This document shows, one piece after another, positions 1 to 10,635 of a stretch of 64,000 nt of DNA. Position numbers and translations under genes: made by a program. Source of the DNA: a virus. The DNA is taken from positions 1-64,000 of the IMG/VR virus record IMGVR_UViG_3300045911_000143; one strand, written 5' to 3'. The notes under the pieces were generated by a model, which had not been told where the DNA came from, made no database searches, and saw only the letters and a list, made by a program, of their open reading frames with translations. Numbering within the stretch: position 1 is the stretch's first letter; every line of letters begins with the position of its first letter.

Positions 1-1075
1 ATGGGGTTACACTAGGTGTAATACTCGGAGTTATACTTGGTGTTATACTTGGTGTAATTGATGGAGTTACACTGATAGTTGGTGTACGTGTAGGTGTAAT
101 ACTTGGTGTAATTGATGGAGTTACACTGATAGTTGGTGTACGTGTAGGTGTAATACTTGGTGTAATACTTGGAGTTACACTTATTGTTGGTGTTATTGAT
201 GGAGTAATACTTGGGGTTACACTTACGCTAGGTGTTATTGATGGAGTAATGCTTGGTGTTACACTAATTGTAGGTGTTATAGATGGAGTAATACTTGGTG
301 TTATGCTTGGTGTAACACTTATTGTTGGTGTAATAGATGGTGTAATACTTGGTGTGACGCTTACACTAGGTGTAATACTTGGTGTTATGCTTGGTGTTAT
401 ACTGATTGTTGGTGTTATACTTGGTGTAATGCTTGGTGTAACACTTACGCTAGGTGTAATAGATGGTGTAATACTTGGTGTGACGCTTACACTAGGTGTA
501 ATACTTGGTGTTATGCTTGGTGTTATACTGATTGTTGGTGTTATACTTGGTGTAATTGATGGTGTAATACTTGGGGTTACACTTATTGTTGGTGTAATAC
601 TTGGTGTGACGCTTACACTAGGTGTAATAGATGGTGTAATACTTGGTGTAATACTTGGGGTTACACTTATTGTTGGTGTAATAGATGGTGTAATACTTGG
701 GGTTACACTTATTGTTGGTGTAATAGATGGTGTAATACTTGGTGTAATACTTGGTGTAATACTTGGTGTTATACTTACACTAGGTGTTATGCTTGGTGTT
801 ATGCTTGGTGTTATGCTTGGTGTTATGCTTGGTGTAATGCTTGGTGTAATGCTTGGTGTAATGCTTACACTAGGTGTAACACTTGGTGAAATGCTAACTG
901 ATGGAGTTAAAGTTATAGTTGGAGTTGGAGTACGTGTTACTGATGGTGTTAATGATGGTGATGGTGTTTTTGATGGGGTTCGAGATGGTGTAATTGTTAT
1001 TGTTGGTGTAATACTTGGTGTAGTAGATGGTGTTATCGATATTGTCGGTGTTACTGAAGGCATAGGGGTGGGGGT
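1..1075 (-). repeat. Imperfect 12/18-nt coding tandem repeat encoding a Thr-Pro-Ser/Thr-Ile low-complexity tract
   Basis: Units such as cttggtgtaata/cttggtgttatg recur continuously, with synonymous third-position variation. Confidence 0.95.
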
Positions 1076-2008
1076 TAATATGTTTACATATATCGGTTCT
1101 TTCGGTTTAAACAATATGCTAGTTTTATTTAAAATTATACCCACCTGCTGAATGAAACCCACCAATGGGGGGATTGTTGAAAAACTACCAGTCGTACTCA
1201 AATAAATTGGTGTACCAAAAGAGTCTGTAAAATTCCAATTAGAATTGGTAACTATACCATCAGTTTCATATTTTATAACTTGGCCGGTTGTAGCAGTATT
1301 CAGAGCTATACCAAAAACAGGTTTGTCTGTAGTTCTATCTGCAAGACCTATACCATCAGCGTAAAAACTTAAAAGATTACCATATGTAATATTTTCTCTA
1401 GCGACAGATAACTTAGACAAATCTGATATTTTTATTTGATTTTTGAATTCAATGTTAGATTCAGTCTCAGTGACAAAATAAATTACATCATCTATTCCTC
1501 TGACTAATCTTGGATTATTAAGACTATCCATTTTGATTTTATCAACAAATACTTTTTCGTTCTCTGAAACTTGTGTATTTGTGTGGATAATGTTTAACTT
1601 ATTATTGCTAATTTTAGCTAGGACGCAACCAATCTTTTCTATCCATGCATAACCGTTCCATTGTGTTAATATTTTTTTCTTATTGTCAAAGAAGAACTGT
1701 CCTATCTGTGGGTTACTTGGATATATTACGCCATTGATAAGTGGATTTAACGAAGTTAATACAAATTCTTTTTGTGCAGTTACGCGATCTAAAATAACTA
1801 AAAGCCAGTATTCTGAATCATCGGGAACAATGGCGACGTTTTTAATATCGTCGTTTATTTCCACGAGATAATTTTTAGAATAAAAACATAGATTTAGTAT
1901 TATAGGCGCAGTGGAACCTTTTATACTAATCTTACCATCTTTAATTACAATTGACGGTAAAGGCTCTTCTCCAATTTGTACCACTCCCTGTCTAAAATTC
2001 AATATCAT
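1..2008 (-). CDS. Probable virion structural protein with long mucin-like (TPSI/TPSV/TPTI)n C-terminal repeat; runs off window start
   Basis: ATG at 2008 overlaps the TGA of the upstream gene (ATGA). Reads MILNFRQGVVQIGEEPLPS...TPTPMPSVTPTISITPS...(TPSI)n. Not in the ORF track because it is edge-truncated; the + strand 249..1151 ORF is its antisense shadow. Confidence 0.85.
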   Translation of the reverse strand, partial: MILNFRQGVVQIGEEPLPSIVIKDGKISIKGSTAPIILNLCFYSKNYLVEINDDIKNVAIVPDDSEYWLLVILDRVTAQKEFVLTSLNPLINGVIYPSNPQIGQFFFDNKKKILTQWNGYAWIEKIGCVLAKISNNKLNIIHTNTQVSENEKVFVDKIKMDSLNNPRLVRGIDDVIYFVTETESNIEFKNQIKISDLSKLSVARENITYGNLLSFYADGIGLADRTTDKPVFGIALNTATTGQVIKYETDGIVTNSNWNFTDSFGTPIYLSTTGSFSTIPPLVGFIQQVGIILNKTSILFKPKEPIYVNILTPTPMPSVTPTISITPSTTPSITPTITITPSRTPSKTPSPSLTPSVTRTPTPTITLTPSVSISPSVTPSVSITPSITPSITPSITPSITPSITPSITPSVSITPSITPSITPSITPSITPTISVTPSITPSITPTISVTPSITPSITPSITPSVSVTPSITPTISVTPSITPSITPSITPTISITPSITPSITPSVSVTPSITPSITPSVSVTPSITPSITPTISITPSITPSITPSVSVTPSITPSITPTISVTPSITPSITPSITPTISVTPSITPSITPSVSVTPSITPSITPTISVTPSITPSITPTRTPTISVTPSITPSITPTRTPTISVTPSITPSITPSITPSITPSVTP

Positions 2009-3174
2009 GATTTAACAATTTCTGGATATACGTTTTCTATAATAGATTCACTAGAATATATGTCTGAATTTTTATATACTAGAAAATCAACATCATTTAA
2101 AACAATTTCGCCTAGATCAATTATTTTATCTTTTATTTTATCAATAAAAGAATATGGCGATTTAGATAATAACAATATTAAACCCTTTTGTTGTAAAGGT
2201 TCTAATACACCAGTTCCATAATCTATTCTAGTAAATTTTATTGTAGTTCCTTCTGGTATATCATCAAATTTTAATTCGGCGTTATCAAAAGTATCGAAGT
2301 CCAAAATGCTTTTTGTTCTAATATAGTAACTTTTTCTTTTATTAAGTAGTATCTCGTCCCAATCTGACCAAGGCGATCCTTGGTTTTTTGGAAACAATGT
2401 TTCCAAACATATAATCGGTTGATCATTTGGTTTCTGTATAATAACTTCTAAACGTATTTCAGCATTCTTTAAGTCGTATGGTAAAGATGGCATTTCAAAC
2501 CAAAATTCCGTACTCGGTGGTGAATTATTTAAATCGCTGGTATGTTGTTTTTGACAACTATATCTTTTACCTTGATAGGTAATAACTTTACTTAATGTAT
2601 AAGATACCCCGGTTTGCCATTCTTGTATTGTATAATCAACAAAGTTGAGTTTCGTCAAAAACTTAGGTATTGCAAAAGTAAATATTCCATTATTTGTGAT
2701 TTTAAACAAGTTTTCTTGAGCCTGTACTCTATCAACAAACTTTTCAGTAGAGCTTCTAGATAAGCAATGTATTTTTCCTCTTCTAGCAGTTAAAAATATA
2801 ATTTTTAAAGTATTGTTATCTATTATCTGTACATTATAATTTGAAGTTTTAAGTTGAGTATATACCCCTTCTTGATTTAAATCATAAATGGTTATAGATG
2901 GAAAACAGTTCAGATTGTGTTCAACTGTCCATTCAGAAGACGGAGATTTAATTTCTGTTTGAAAAAAGTTCAATCTTTGAGAGTAGTCTTCTAGACTACT
3001 AACAAATGGTGGTACTGTTTCTCTTAGATTGTCTGGATTTCTGGATATTTTATATAACTTTCCACGACATCCATCTGTTATAATACATTTAGAAAATACG
3101 GTCAACCCTCGTAAATTCTCAACCTTTTCAATTTCTCGCAGACAGGTGTCACATTTATATTTTATAGTAGCCAT
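2005..3174 (-). CDS. Probable virion protein with internal CBM5/12-like carbohydrate-binding module and N-terminal Cys motif
   Basis: WQTGVSYTLSKVITYQGKRYSCQKQHTS fits the CBM5/12 pattern; CDTC...C..C at N-terminus; late-promoter-like AATAAATA just upstream. Confidence 0.65.
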   Translation of the reverse strand: MATIKYKCDTCLREIEKVENLRGLTVFSKCIITDGCRGKLYKISRNPDNLRETVPPFVSSLEDYSQRLNFFQTEIKSPSSEWTVEHNLNCFPSITIYDLNQEGVYTQLKTSNYNVQIIDNNTLKIIFLTARRGKIHCLSRSSTEKFVDRVQAQENLFKITNNGIFTFAIPKFLTKLNFVDYTIQEWQTGVSYTLSKVITYQGKRYSCQKQHTSDLNNSPPSTEFWFEMPSLPYDLKNAEIRLEVIIQKPNDQPIICLETLFPKNQGSPWSDWDEILLNKRKSYYIRTKSILDFDTFDNAELKFDDIPEGTTIKFTRIDYGTGVLEPLQQKGLILLLSKSPYSFIDKIKDKIIDLGEIVLNDVDFLVYKNSDIYSSESIIENVYPEIVKS

Positions 3175-3330
3175 AATACTTTTTTTAAGTATTTATTGCC
3201 AGTGTTTCTGGATTAAATTATCATTATAGTTTTTAGGTTTAAGTTGGCCGTGAAAACATAATATACACAATTATTCATTATTCTTTTATAATCTCTAATG
3301 TATTATAGTTTAATACTAATAAATCGTATT

Positions 3331-3969
3331 TTATATGAAATCTTCTATGTTCTTAAATTGGAAACATTTCAAACTACTTTCTTTATTAAGATTGTATACA
3401 TTTATTCCAATTCTTGACAGCCCATCAGCCATAGATTTTATTGAAGGTATGAACTTTTCTTTATAAATTTCATTTGTACCGTGGCATATATGCTTATCAT
3501 GATAATTAGCTTTACCGGTTGGTGAAACATGCATATCAAAACCTAATAGAAGAATTTCTCTAGCTTTACAACTATATGCTAAATGTATTGCGTTTGCACC
3601 CGAATTATTTCCTCTTATTTTATATTCTTGCGGGTCAAGGCCGAAGTCACCTGTTTTATGCAAAATTTGACAATTTCCATACCCTAGCTTTTTACCTCTA
3701 TCGTAAAGACTGTTACAAAATGGTTTTGGATGAAATCTTAATCTTATTTGACTTTCTTCAAGCAACCTGTGATTATTAGCAGCCCACGGTTCGTCGGCCC
3801 AAATCCATGCTGTTGCTTCTGGTAACAACTCTGCTGCGTTGTTTGTAACAATTACTTGCTTTCCATTTAAAAAGCTTAAATCCATGTTTTTTAAACTTGG
3901 ACCGCCACCAATAATAAATACTTTTCTACCGGCTATTTTAGATTTTAATTCTTGAAAAAAGTCTGGCAT
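3331..3969 (-). CDS. DUF115/Maf-like (GT29-related) nucleotide-sugar transferase-like protein
   Basis: VFIIGGGPSL, TNN, NSGANAI.LA and ILLLGFDM motifs. Confidence 0.6.
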   Translation of the reverse strand: MPDFFQELKSKIAGRKVFIIGGGPSLKNMDLSFLNGKQVIVTNNAAELLPEATAWIWADEPWAANNHRLLEESQIRLRFHPKPFCNSLYDRGKKLGYGNCQILHKTGDFGLDPQEYKIRGNNSGANAIHLAYSCKAREILLLGFDMHVSPTGKANYHDKHICHGTNEIYKEKFIPSIKSMADGLSRIGINVYNLNKESSLKCFQFKNIEDFI

Positions 3970-4000
3970 CTATGTTAAAATTCATGAAATGAGTATCAAA

Positions 4001-4008
4001 TATTTATA
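4001..4008 (-). promoter_or_regulatory. T4-type late promoter TATAAATA
   Basis: Exact TATAAATA on the - strand about 30 nt upstream of the 3969 start. Confidence 0.6.
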
Positions 4009-4016
4009 CGTATATT

Positions 4017-4556
4017 ATGTTAAAAACTTTATCTGAAGAGTGTGATCAATATATTAAAACTATGGATGGGTTGAGTTTAGTGAAACTTCTACCCAAAAAT
4101 GGAGAAGGATTTAGAAAAGTTAAAGTCAGACACAAAAAAGATGATTCTCTACTCGCTAAATCTTTTAATCTTAGCATTCATGATTACTCAAAATTTATTA
4201 ACAGATGTGTTAACTGTTACAATTTCCCACAGAATAACACCGATCCTAATTTAGAAGAGTTTTACGTATTTCCTATCAACGATTATAAAATCATATTTAA
4301 TAAAGAAATAAAAAACAGTAAGACTGAACTAGGAAATACTCTAAAGATTTTGGAAAGCCAAATATCACAAGATGTTTGTGTCAAAACTTTAGCTGAAATG
4401 ATCAAACTTACATATTCTACACCTAGTATTCAAGATTTTACAGACTCTCAATGTGAATTTTTGATTTATAATATTGATTATTTTTACGCAATACGTAAGT
4501 CATTGATCAAAAATTATGAAGATATGTTCAAGAAAAATTATGCTATTGATATTTAA
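4017..4556 (+). CDS. Hypothetical phage protein
   Basis: 179-aa ORF with coding-like composition. Confidence 0.7.
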   Translation: MLKTLSEECDQYIKTMDGLSLVKLLPKNGEGFRKVKVRHKKDDSLLAKSFNLSIHDYSKFINRCVNCYNFPQNNTDPNLEEFYVFPINDYKIIFNKEIKNSKTELGNTLKILESQISQDVCVKTLAEMIKLTYSTPSIQDFTDSQCEFLIYNIDYFYAIRKSLIKNYEDMFKKNYAIDI

Positions 4557-4618
4557 ATGAAAATTTTTTGGATAGTATAGTAAAAATAAATAAAAAACTA
4601 AAATTACGGGAGATTTAA

Positions 4619-6922
4619 ATGGACAAGTGTTTAAATATAAACAACATCTCTATAAAAAAGAGAAATGGTCAAAGTGAAACATTCAATATTGACAAAATAC
4701 ACAGGATGGTTGCTAGAGCATGTGAAGATTTGACTGGTGTTTCAGTGTCAGATGTTGTGATGGAAGCCAAATTGAACTTTTTTGATGGTATGTCTTCTGT
4801 GGATATTCACAGATCACTAACAAGAGCAGCAACCCAACTCATTACAGAACACACACCTAATTATCAATATGTTGCAGGAAGACTATTAAACTACGACATA
4901 CGTAAAACAGCTTGGGGCGGTATGGAACCACCGCGTTTATATGACCATATTGTAAAAATGGTTAATAATGGTTTCTATACTAAAGATTTATTGGATTTCT
5001 ACTCCGAAGAGCAATGGGATAAGATAGAAACATTCATAGACCATGATAGAGATTTAAAAATTCCGCATATTGGTGTCTCTGAATATATGACAAAGTATGC
5101 AATCAGAGATAGAAGTTTAGACGAAATCGTTCCATTAGAAACGCCACAAATAACATATATTTTGATTGCTGCTTTAGTGTGTTCGGATACTAAATCTTTA
5201 AAAGATATTAAATCTTATTATAATCATATTTCTCAATATAATATAAGTTTACCAACACCCATCATGGCTGGCCTCAGATCACCAGAAAAACAATTTAGTA
5301 GTTGTACATTAATCGAGACGGAAGATAATCTTGATAGTATATACGCAACCTCACATGCTATAGGAAAATATATTTCAAAGAGAGCAGGAATAGGCATTTG
5401 TGCCTCTGCTATAAGAGCAGAAGGTTCTAAAATCAGAAATGGTGAAATCAAACATACGGGGGTCATTCCATTTTTTAGATTATTTGAAAGTTCCGTCAAA
5501 TCTTGTTCACAGGGAGGTGTCAGAGGCGGGGCAGCTACATTGTATACAATGCTTTGGCATTTAGATATAGAAGATATATTGGTTTTGAAGAATAACAAAG
5601 GAACTCCAGAAACCAGAGTCCGCAAAATAGACTATGCTATACAGATAAACAATTACTTATACAGAAGGCTCATTCAGGGTCAGGATATTACATTATTCTC
5701 ACCTCATGATGTTAGAGACTTGTATGATGCTTTCTTTTCCGACCAAGAAAAGTTTGCAGAACTTTATGAAAAGTATGAAAAAGATGATTCAATAAGAAAA
5801 AAGAAAGTTCCAGCTTCTGAATTATTCACTAAGTTGATGATAGAAAGAAAAGACACTGGTAGAATTTATATTATGAATGTTGATAATGCTAATAACAGTT
5901 CACCATTCTCTGTACCCATAAAGATGAGTAATTTGTGCCTTGAAATATTACTTCCTACGGCACCATTTACTAATATATTAGATGAAAATGGAAGAATTGC
6001 ATTATGTACATTGTCTGCTATAAATATCGCTAATTTGAAGAGTATTGATGATTTAGAAGATTTAATGTATTGGGCTGTTAGAGGTTTAGACAATATCCTA
6101 TCCTATCAAGATTACCCAGTTATCGCAGCCCAAAAAGCCACAGAAGACTTTAGACCATTAGGTATAGGTACGATCAACCTAGCGTACTACTTGGCTAAAA
6201 ACGGCTTTAAATACGGCGATTCTCAAGCATTAAATGCCCTTCATGAAATATATGAGGCTATGGAATTTTATGGATTAAAAGCTTCAGTGAAATTAGCTAA
6301 AGAGCGTGGTCCATGTAGGATGTATGAACAAACTAAGTATGCTAAAGGTCTTCTTCCGATTGATTGGTATAATAAGAATGTTGATGAGTTAGTCAAACCA
6401 AACTATAAACTTCCTTGGGAGTGGCTAAGAGAAGAGATTAAGAAGTATGGTGTTAGAAACGCTACAATAACAGCCCATATGCCAGCAGAATCAAGCTGCA
6501 AACCTGCTAATGCTACTAACGGTGTTGAACCTGTAAGAGCATTAATTACTACCAAAGGTAATAAGTCTAATATCAGCAAGCAAGTTGTTCCAGAAATCAA
6601 TAGATTAAAAAACAAATATGATCTTCTTTGGGATATGAAATCTATGGAAGGTGTTATTAAGACTATGGCTGTTATACAAAAATTCTGTTCGCAGTCCATA
6701 TCTACTAATCTTTCATACAATCCGGCGCATTATGAAAATGGTGAAATTCCAATGAGCACTCTAGTTAGAGATTTATTACTCTGCAATAAATTGGGCATTA
6801 AAACTTTGTATTACCACAATACAAACGATCAGAGAGATGTTGAGATGTTAGAAAAAAATGTTAAGATAGAAGAACAAGAAGTAAAGGCTGAAAATGAAGT
6901 TTGTGATTCTTGCGTAATTTAA
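4619..6922 (+). CDS. nrdA: Ribonucleoside-diphosphate reductase class Ia alpha subunit
   Basis: N-terminal ATP cone (IKKRNG), QFSSC, SCSQGGVRGGAAT, SNLCLE, C-terminal CDSC. Confidence 0.98.
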   Translation: MDKCLNINNISIKKRNGQSETFNIDKIHRMVARACEDLTGVSVSDVVMEAKLNFFDGMSSVDIHRSLTRAATQLITEHTPNYQYVAGRLLNYDIRKTAWGGMEPPRLYDHIVKMVNNGFYTKDLLDFYSEEQWDKIETFIDHDRDLKIPHIGVSEYMTKYAIRDRSLDEIVPLETPQITYILIAALVCSDTKSLKDIKSYYNHISQYNISLPTPIMAGLRSPEKQFSSCTLIETEDNLDSIYATSHAIGKYISKRAGIGICASAIRAEGSKIRNGEIKHTGVIPFFRLFESSVKSCSQGGVRGGAATLYTMLWHLDIEDILVLKNNKGTPETRVRKIDYAIQINNYLYRRLIQGQDITLFSPHDVRDLYDAFFSDQEKFAELYEKYEKDDSIRKKKVPASELFTKLMIERKDTGRIYIMNVDNANNSSPFSVPIKMSNLCLEILLPTAPFTNILDENGRIALCTLSAINIANLKSIDDLEDLMYWAVRGLDNILSYQDYPVIAAQKATEDFRPLGIGTINLAYYLAKNGFKYGDSQALNALHEIYEAMEFYGLKASVKLAKERGPCRMYEQTKYAKGLLPIDWYNKNVDELVKPNYKLPWEWLREEIKKYGVRNATITAHMPAESSCKPANATNGVEPVRALITTKGNKSNISKQVVPEINRLKNKYDLLWDMKSMEGVIKTMAVIQKFCSQSISTNLSYNPAHYENGEIPMSTLVRDLLLCNKLGIKTLYYHNTNDQRDVEMLEKNVKIEEQEVKAENEVCDSCVI

Positions 6923-6931
6923 GGAGAAAAC

Positions 6932-7207
6932 ATGAAAGAAAAATTATCTACACTTTTAGATGTATTGGTTTATGAAAAGTCAAAAGAAATTGCTGAAAAT
7001 TTTTTAAATAAACCCTTTAATTTTGAAAATTTAGAAAATGCTAAGTCTTATTTTAAGAATAATGGAATTGAATTTTATAATTCTTCTGTCATATATTCTC
7101 TAGACAGAAAGATTACTGAAGGTTTTGCTTTCTTTTATAAAGAAGAACAGTATAGACGTATGTTAACAATAGACAGTAAAAAAGGAGTGGTTTTAAGTTT
7201 ATGGTAA
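6932..7207 (+). CDS. Hypothetical protein between nrdA and nrdB
   Basis: AGGAG SD; 91 aa; overlaps the nrdB start. Confidence 0.7.
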   Translation: MKEKLSTLLDVLVYEKSKEIAENFLNKPFNFENLENAKSYFKNNGIEFYNSSVIYSLDRKITEGFAFFYKEEQYRRMLTIDSKKGVVLSLW

Positions 7208-8325
7208 AATCATTTAATAAGAATAATGTAGACTTTACAAAAGAATACATGTTTTTTGGAGAACAACCGAACGTTAGTAGATTTGACGTTCAGAGATTTC
7301 CAATCTTTAAAGAATTGTATATCAAGCAATTAGGATTCTTCTGGAAACCTGATGAGATAGATTTAAGTAAAGATTCTAGAGATTTCAAGATGTTATCTGA
7401 ATCTGAACAACATATATTTGTTAAGAATCTTTTGTTTCAAACATTTCTTGATTCTGTACAATCAAGAAGTCCCCAATTGGCTTTCTTGCCACATGTTTCT
7501 AATCCAGAACTTGAAAGTATGATTGAATTATGGGCCATGTTTGAATCACTTCACAGTTTCAGTTATTCATGGATTATCCAAAATGTATTTTCTGATCCAA
7601 CAAAAGTTTTAAATGAACTTATGATAGATGAACATATATTGAATCGTGCTGACCCAGTGACAAAATATTATGATGATTTCATGAAATATTCGAAATATTT
7701 CCAAGTTTTAGGTGGAGGTAAGCATGAAATTGACGGTGAAGAATATAATTTGTCTTTAAGAGAATTAAAGAGAAAATTATTGCGATGTGTAGCATCTGTA
7801 AATGTGTTAGAGGGGATTAGATTCTATGCATCCTTTGCTTGTTCATTCTCTTTCGCAGAAAGAGGATTAATGGAAGGAAACGCAAAAATAATTTCTTTAA
7901 TTGCTAGAGATGAAAATTTACATTTAGCTGTTACACAAAATATACTTAAGAAGTGGGCTAATGGAGATGATGACCCAGAAATGGCTGAACTCTTCAAAGA
8001 GGAAGAGCAAACAATTCGTCAGATGTATATCGATTGTGTAGAACAAGAAAAAGAATGGTCGGCTTACTTATTCAAACACGGTGCCATGTTGGGTCTAACA
8101 GAGGAAATATTAAACGAATATGTAGCATACATTGCAGGTAAAAGAATGCGCGCTATAGGTTTAAAAAATGAATTTTCTTCTAGAAACCCGTTATCTTGGA
8201 CTGACAAATATTTAATAGGGTCTTCGCAACAAGTTGCACCCCAAGAAGTGGAAATTTCTTCTTATATTATAGGTGGTGTTAAACATGATATTGAGAAAGA
8301 TACTTTTAAAGATTTTAGCTTTTGA
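7201..8325 (+). CDS. nrdB: Ribonucleoside-diphosphate reductase class Ia beta subunit
   Basis: FFWKPDEIDL, FESLHSFSY, LEGIRFY, IARDENLH, QVAPQEVEISSY. Confidence 0.98.
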   Translation: MVKSFNKNNVDFTKEYMFFGEQPNVSRFDVQRFPIFKELYIKQLGFFWKPDEIDLSKDSRDFKMLSESEQHIFVKNLLFQTFLDSVQSRSPQLAFLPHVSNPELESMIELWAMFESLHSFSYSWIIQNVFSDPTKVLNELMIDEHILNRADPVTKYYDDFMKYSKYFQVLGGGKHEIDGEEYNLSLRELKRKLLRCVASVNVLEGIRFYASFACSFSFAERGLMEGNAKIISLIARDENLHLAVTQNILKKWANGDDDPEMAELFKEEEQTIRQMYIDCVEQEKEWSAYLFKHGAMLGLTEEILNEYVAYIAGKRMRAIGLKNEFSSRNPLSWTDKYLIGSSQQVAPQEVEISSYIIGGVKHDIEKDTFKDFSF

Positions 8326-8538
8326 AATTTAATTTATAGAAAACACACTATATTTCTTCCAAAAATATAGTGTGTCTCTAAAAGAATTGCTACAGTAAAA
8401 AATTATTTCATATAAAAAGTTAAATACACTTAATGTAAATAAAAAATTATGATTAATTACTTAAATGTATTAATTTATAATATTAAAAAATATATTTCTG
8501 GATATAATAAATATTTAAACCCATATAAGGAATACAAT

Positions 8539-8730
8539 ATGAAACGAATAGAAGTCGATGGTATTGAATATAAAATTGGTGATAAAGTTAAAATCTTATC
8601 AGGTATAGACGCTAGAAGAGTTGGTAAGATATTCAAATTCTATAAAGCTGGCGATGAAGTATCTGTTGCCGTACAATTTTCTGATACGGACTATGGTATG
8701 TATCAAGTACAAATTATTGAAAAGGTATAA
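8539..8730 (+). CDS. Small KOW/SH3-like protein (likely start MKRIEV)
   Basis: AAGGA SD before 8539; KIGDKVKILSG...GKI motif. Confidence 0.6.
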   Translation: MKRIEVDGIEYKIGDKVKILSGIDARRVGKIFKFYKAGDEVSVAVQFSDTDYGMYQVQIIEKV

Positions 8731-8753
8731 AAATCCCCCTCACGGGGGTTTTC
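8730..8753 (+). terminator. Intrinsic terminator (possibly bidirectional)
   Basis: aaaatcccc-ctcacg-ggggtttt hairpin. Confidence 0.7.
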
Positions 8754-8806
8754 TCATAATAACAATATCATCTACATAAATATAATTATAAATTTAGGAT
8801 TATAAG

Positions 8807-9124
8807 ATGATTCAAGATAAGATTTCATTTAAAGATTTTTACCTTTTAGAAAGTGCAGTTTATCAAGGTAAAAAAGTAAAATTAAATAAACCTTTTAGAA
8901 CTCCATCTGGACCTAAGAAATTTGGTGTTTATGTAAGAAATGATAAAGGTAATATAATATTGGTCAGATTTGGTGACCCTGAACTTTCAATAAAAAGAGA
9001 TGACCCTGAACGTAGAAAGAACTTTAGAGCAAGACACGGGTGTGATGACGCTGGTCCAAAATGGAAGGCAAAATACTGGTCTTGCAAATTTTGGTCTTCA
9101 AAAAATGTAAGTGATATGGTTTAA
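8807..9124 (+). CDS. Conserved phage protein (DUF6321-like), probable internal head protein
   Basis: KLNKPFRTPSGPKKFGVYV...FRARHGCD...YWSC; N-terminal SFKDFYLLE/S resembles a T4 head-targeting and cleavage leader. Confidence 0.7.
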   Translation: MIQDKISFKDFYLLESAVYQGKKVKLNKPFRTPSGPKKFGVYVRNDKGNIILVRFGDPELSIKRDDPERRKNFRARHGCDDAGPKWKAKYWSCKFWSSKNVSDMV

Positions 9125-9133
9125 GGATTAATA

Positions 9134-10111
9134 ATGGCAATTATTACACATCTTTATGATGTTGACCAACAAATATGGTTCATAAATTCTTTGAATCAGA
9201 TATTCGCTGGAAAAATAAAGCAATTTAAAGGTAAAATTTTCTCTGATATAAATCAAAATATTATAGAAGAGAAAACATATGTTGTTGAATATAAAGATTA
9301 CAATCAAAAATTACATTCTATTTTTGTTTTAGAGGAAGATATATTTGCGTCATTAGAAGATGCAGTGTATTTCTTACAATCACGATTAATAACTGGAACT
9401 CCATTACCGTCAATAACTGCCACTCCTGTTCTAACTGTAACTCCTACTATGTCGATTACACCATCGACTACAATAACACCAACTGTAACACCTTCTGTCA
9501 CACCTACTATTACACCTACAGTATCGGAAACTTCTGGAGTGACACCTACGCCTTCTGTTACTCCTACTATTACGCCTACTGTGTCAATCACACCATCACC
9601 TACACCGACCGTGACTCCATCTGCAACGCTTAATGGGCTTTCAATATTTGGGGATGATAGTGCTGGCACATCCAGCAACCCCGGTGGTAGTGATAAGGGT
9701 ATTGTATCACAGTTTATTATGCCAGTAAATGGTAATATACAATCTTATTATGCACACTTCGCAGCCAGTAGTTTAAGCGGCGCATCTGCAAAAATTATTA
9801 TATATTCTTCAGTTGCAAATATGCCTGATACTTTAGTTCTAGTCAGTGACGCAAATACAATACCGGACGGAGGAGGTTGGGTACAATTTAGTGGAAATGG
9901 TTCTCTACCCGCTGGAACCTATTTTATGGGTGTTGTTTATAATAGTTTCGAAGCTAACATATCATGCGATAATGACGGTGGAACCTATATAACTAAAATG
10001 ACTAACGGGAATTTAAGTTATACGTCGCCACCAACAACATTTCCTACAGATTCAATAGTAGACTACACTGATATACAAGTCAATGTGTATGCTGAATACT
10101 TACCGAGTTAA
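9134..10111 (+). CDS. Probable virion accessory protein with TP-rich linker and C-terminal beta-rich domain
   Basis: (TPSVTPTI)n linker at about 9400-9630. Confidence 0.75.
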   Translation: MAIITHLYDVDQQIWFINSLNQIFAGKIKQFKGKIFSDINQNIIEEKTYVVEYKDYNQKLHSIFVLEEDIFASLEDAVYFLQSRLITGTPLPSITATPVLTVTPTMSITPSTTITPTVTPSVTPTITPTVSETSGVTPTPSVTPTITPTVSITPSPTPTVTPSATLNGLSIFGDDSAGTSSNPGGSDKGIVSQFIMPVNGNIQSYYAHFAASSLSGASAKIIIYSSVANMPDTLVLVSDANTIPDGGGWVQFSGNGSLPAGTYFMGVVYNSFEANISCDNDGGTYITKMTNGNLSYTSPPTTFPTDSIVDYTDIQVNVYAEYLPS

Positions 10112-10114
10112 ATC

Positions 10115-10381
10115 ATGACAGACATAAATTATAACTTTTCACCTAATCAACAGGTTTGGGTTGTCAATGAAAATCGACAAATAAAATTTGGCTCTATAAC
10201 ATCTGTACATTTCGATGTTTACAAAAATATTAATTCAAATTTGATACAGAATTTATATTATAAAGTTTCTATTGATGATACAGATAATAAACAACTAAAG
10301 TTTACTGAAGATAAAATTTTTGAAACAATACAAGATGCTTTAGATTACTTATATAACATTTTAATACCTTACACTGAATAA
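10115..10381 (+). CDS. Paralog of the N-terminal domain of 9134..10111
   Basis: QQVWVVN...G.I...EDKIFETIQDALDYL vs QQIWFIN...G.I...EEDIFASLEDAVYFL. Confidence 0.75.
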   Translation: MTDINYNFSPNQQVWVVNENRQIKFGSITSVHFDVYKNINSNLIQNLYYKVSIDDTDNKQLKFTEDKIFETIQDALDYLYNILIPYTE

Positions 10382-10635
10382 CACACCGTCTGCAATGAGA
10401 TTTCAGACAGCAGTAAATACTAGAGATGCTGGCGTGAGTTATTAAAACACACAATCTGTGTCTATAATTACATCTTGACATTTTCAAATAATTTGATATT
10501 CTGTTTCTAATACTAGAGAATATTAGATGAAAATTCAAAAAATATTATATAATGGTGCTGAATTTAAAATTGTTTTTGCACCAATACATTACCACACTAA
10601 TAATGTAGTATCGCTTTCTGAATGGAAAAATAAAA

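Noticed and set aside
249-1151. 300-aa Gly/Val/Leu-rich + strand ORF (and similarly 9304..9678 on the - strand)
   Set aside because: Antisense shadows of the Thr/Pro/Ser repeats encoded on the opposite strand.
6932-7207. Homing endonuclease or intron between nrdA and nrdB
   Set aside because: No HNH, GIY-YIG or LAGLIDADG motif; both nrd genes are contiguous with no visible intein.
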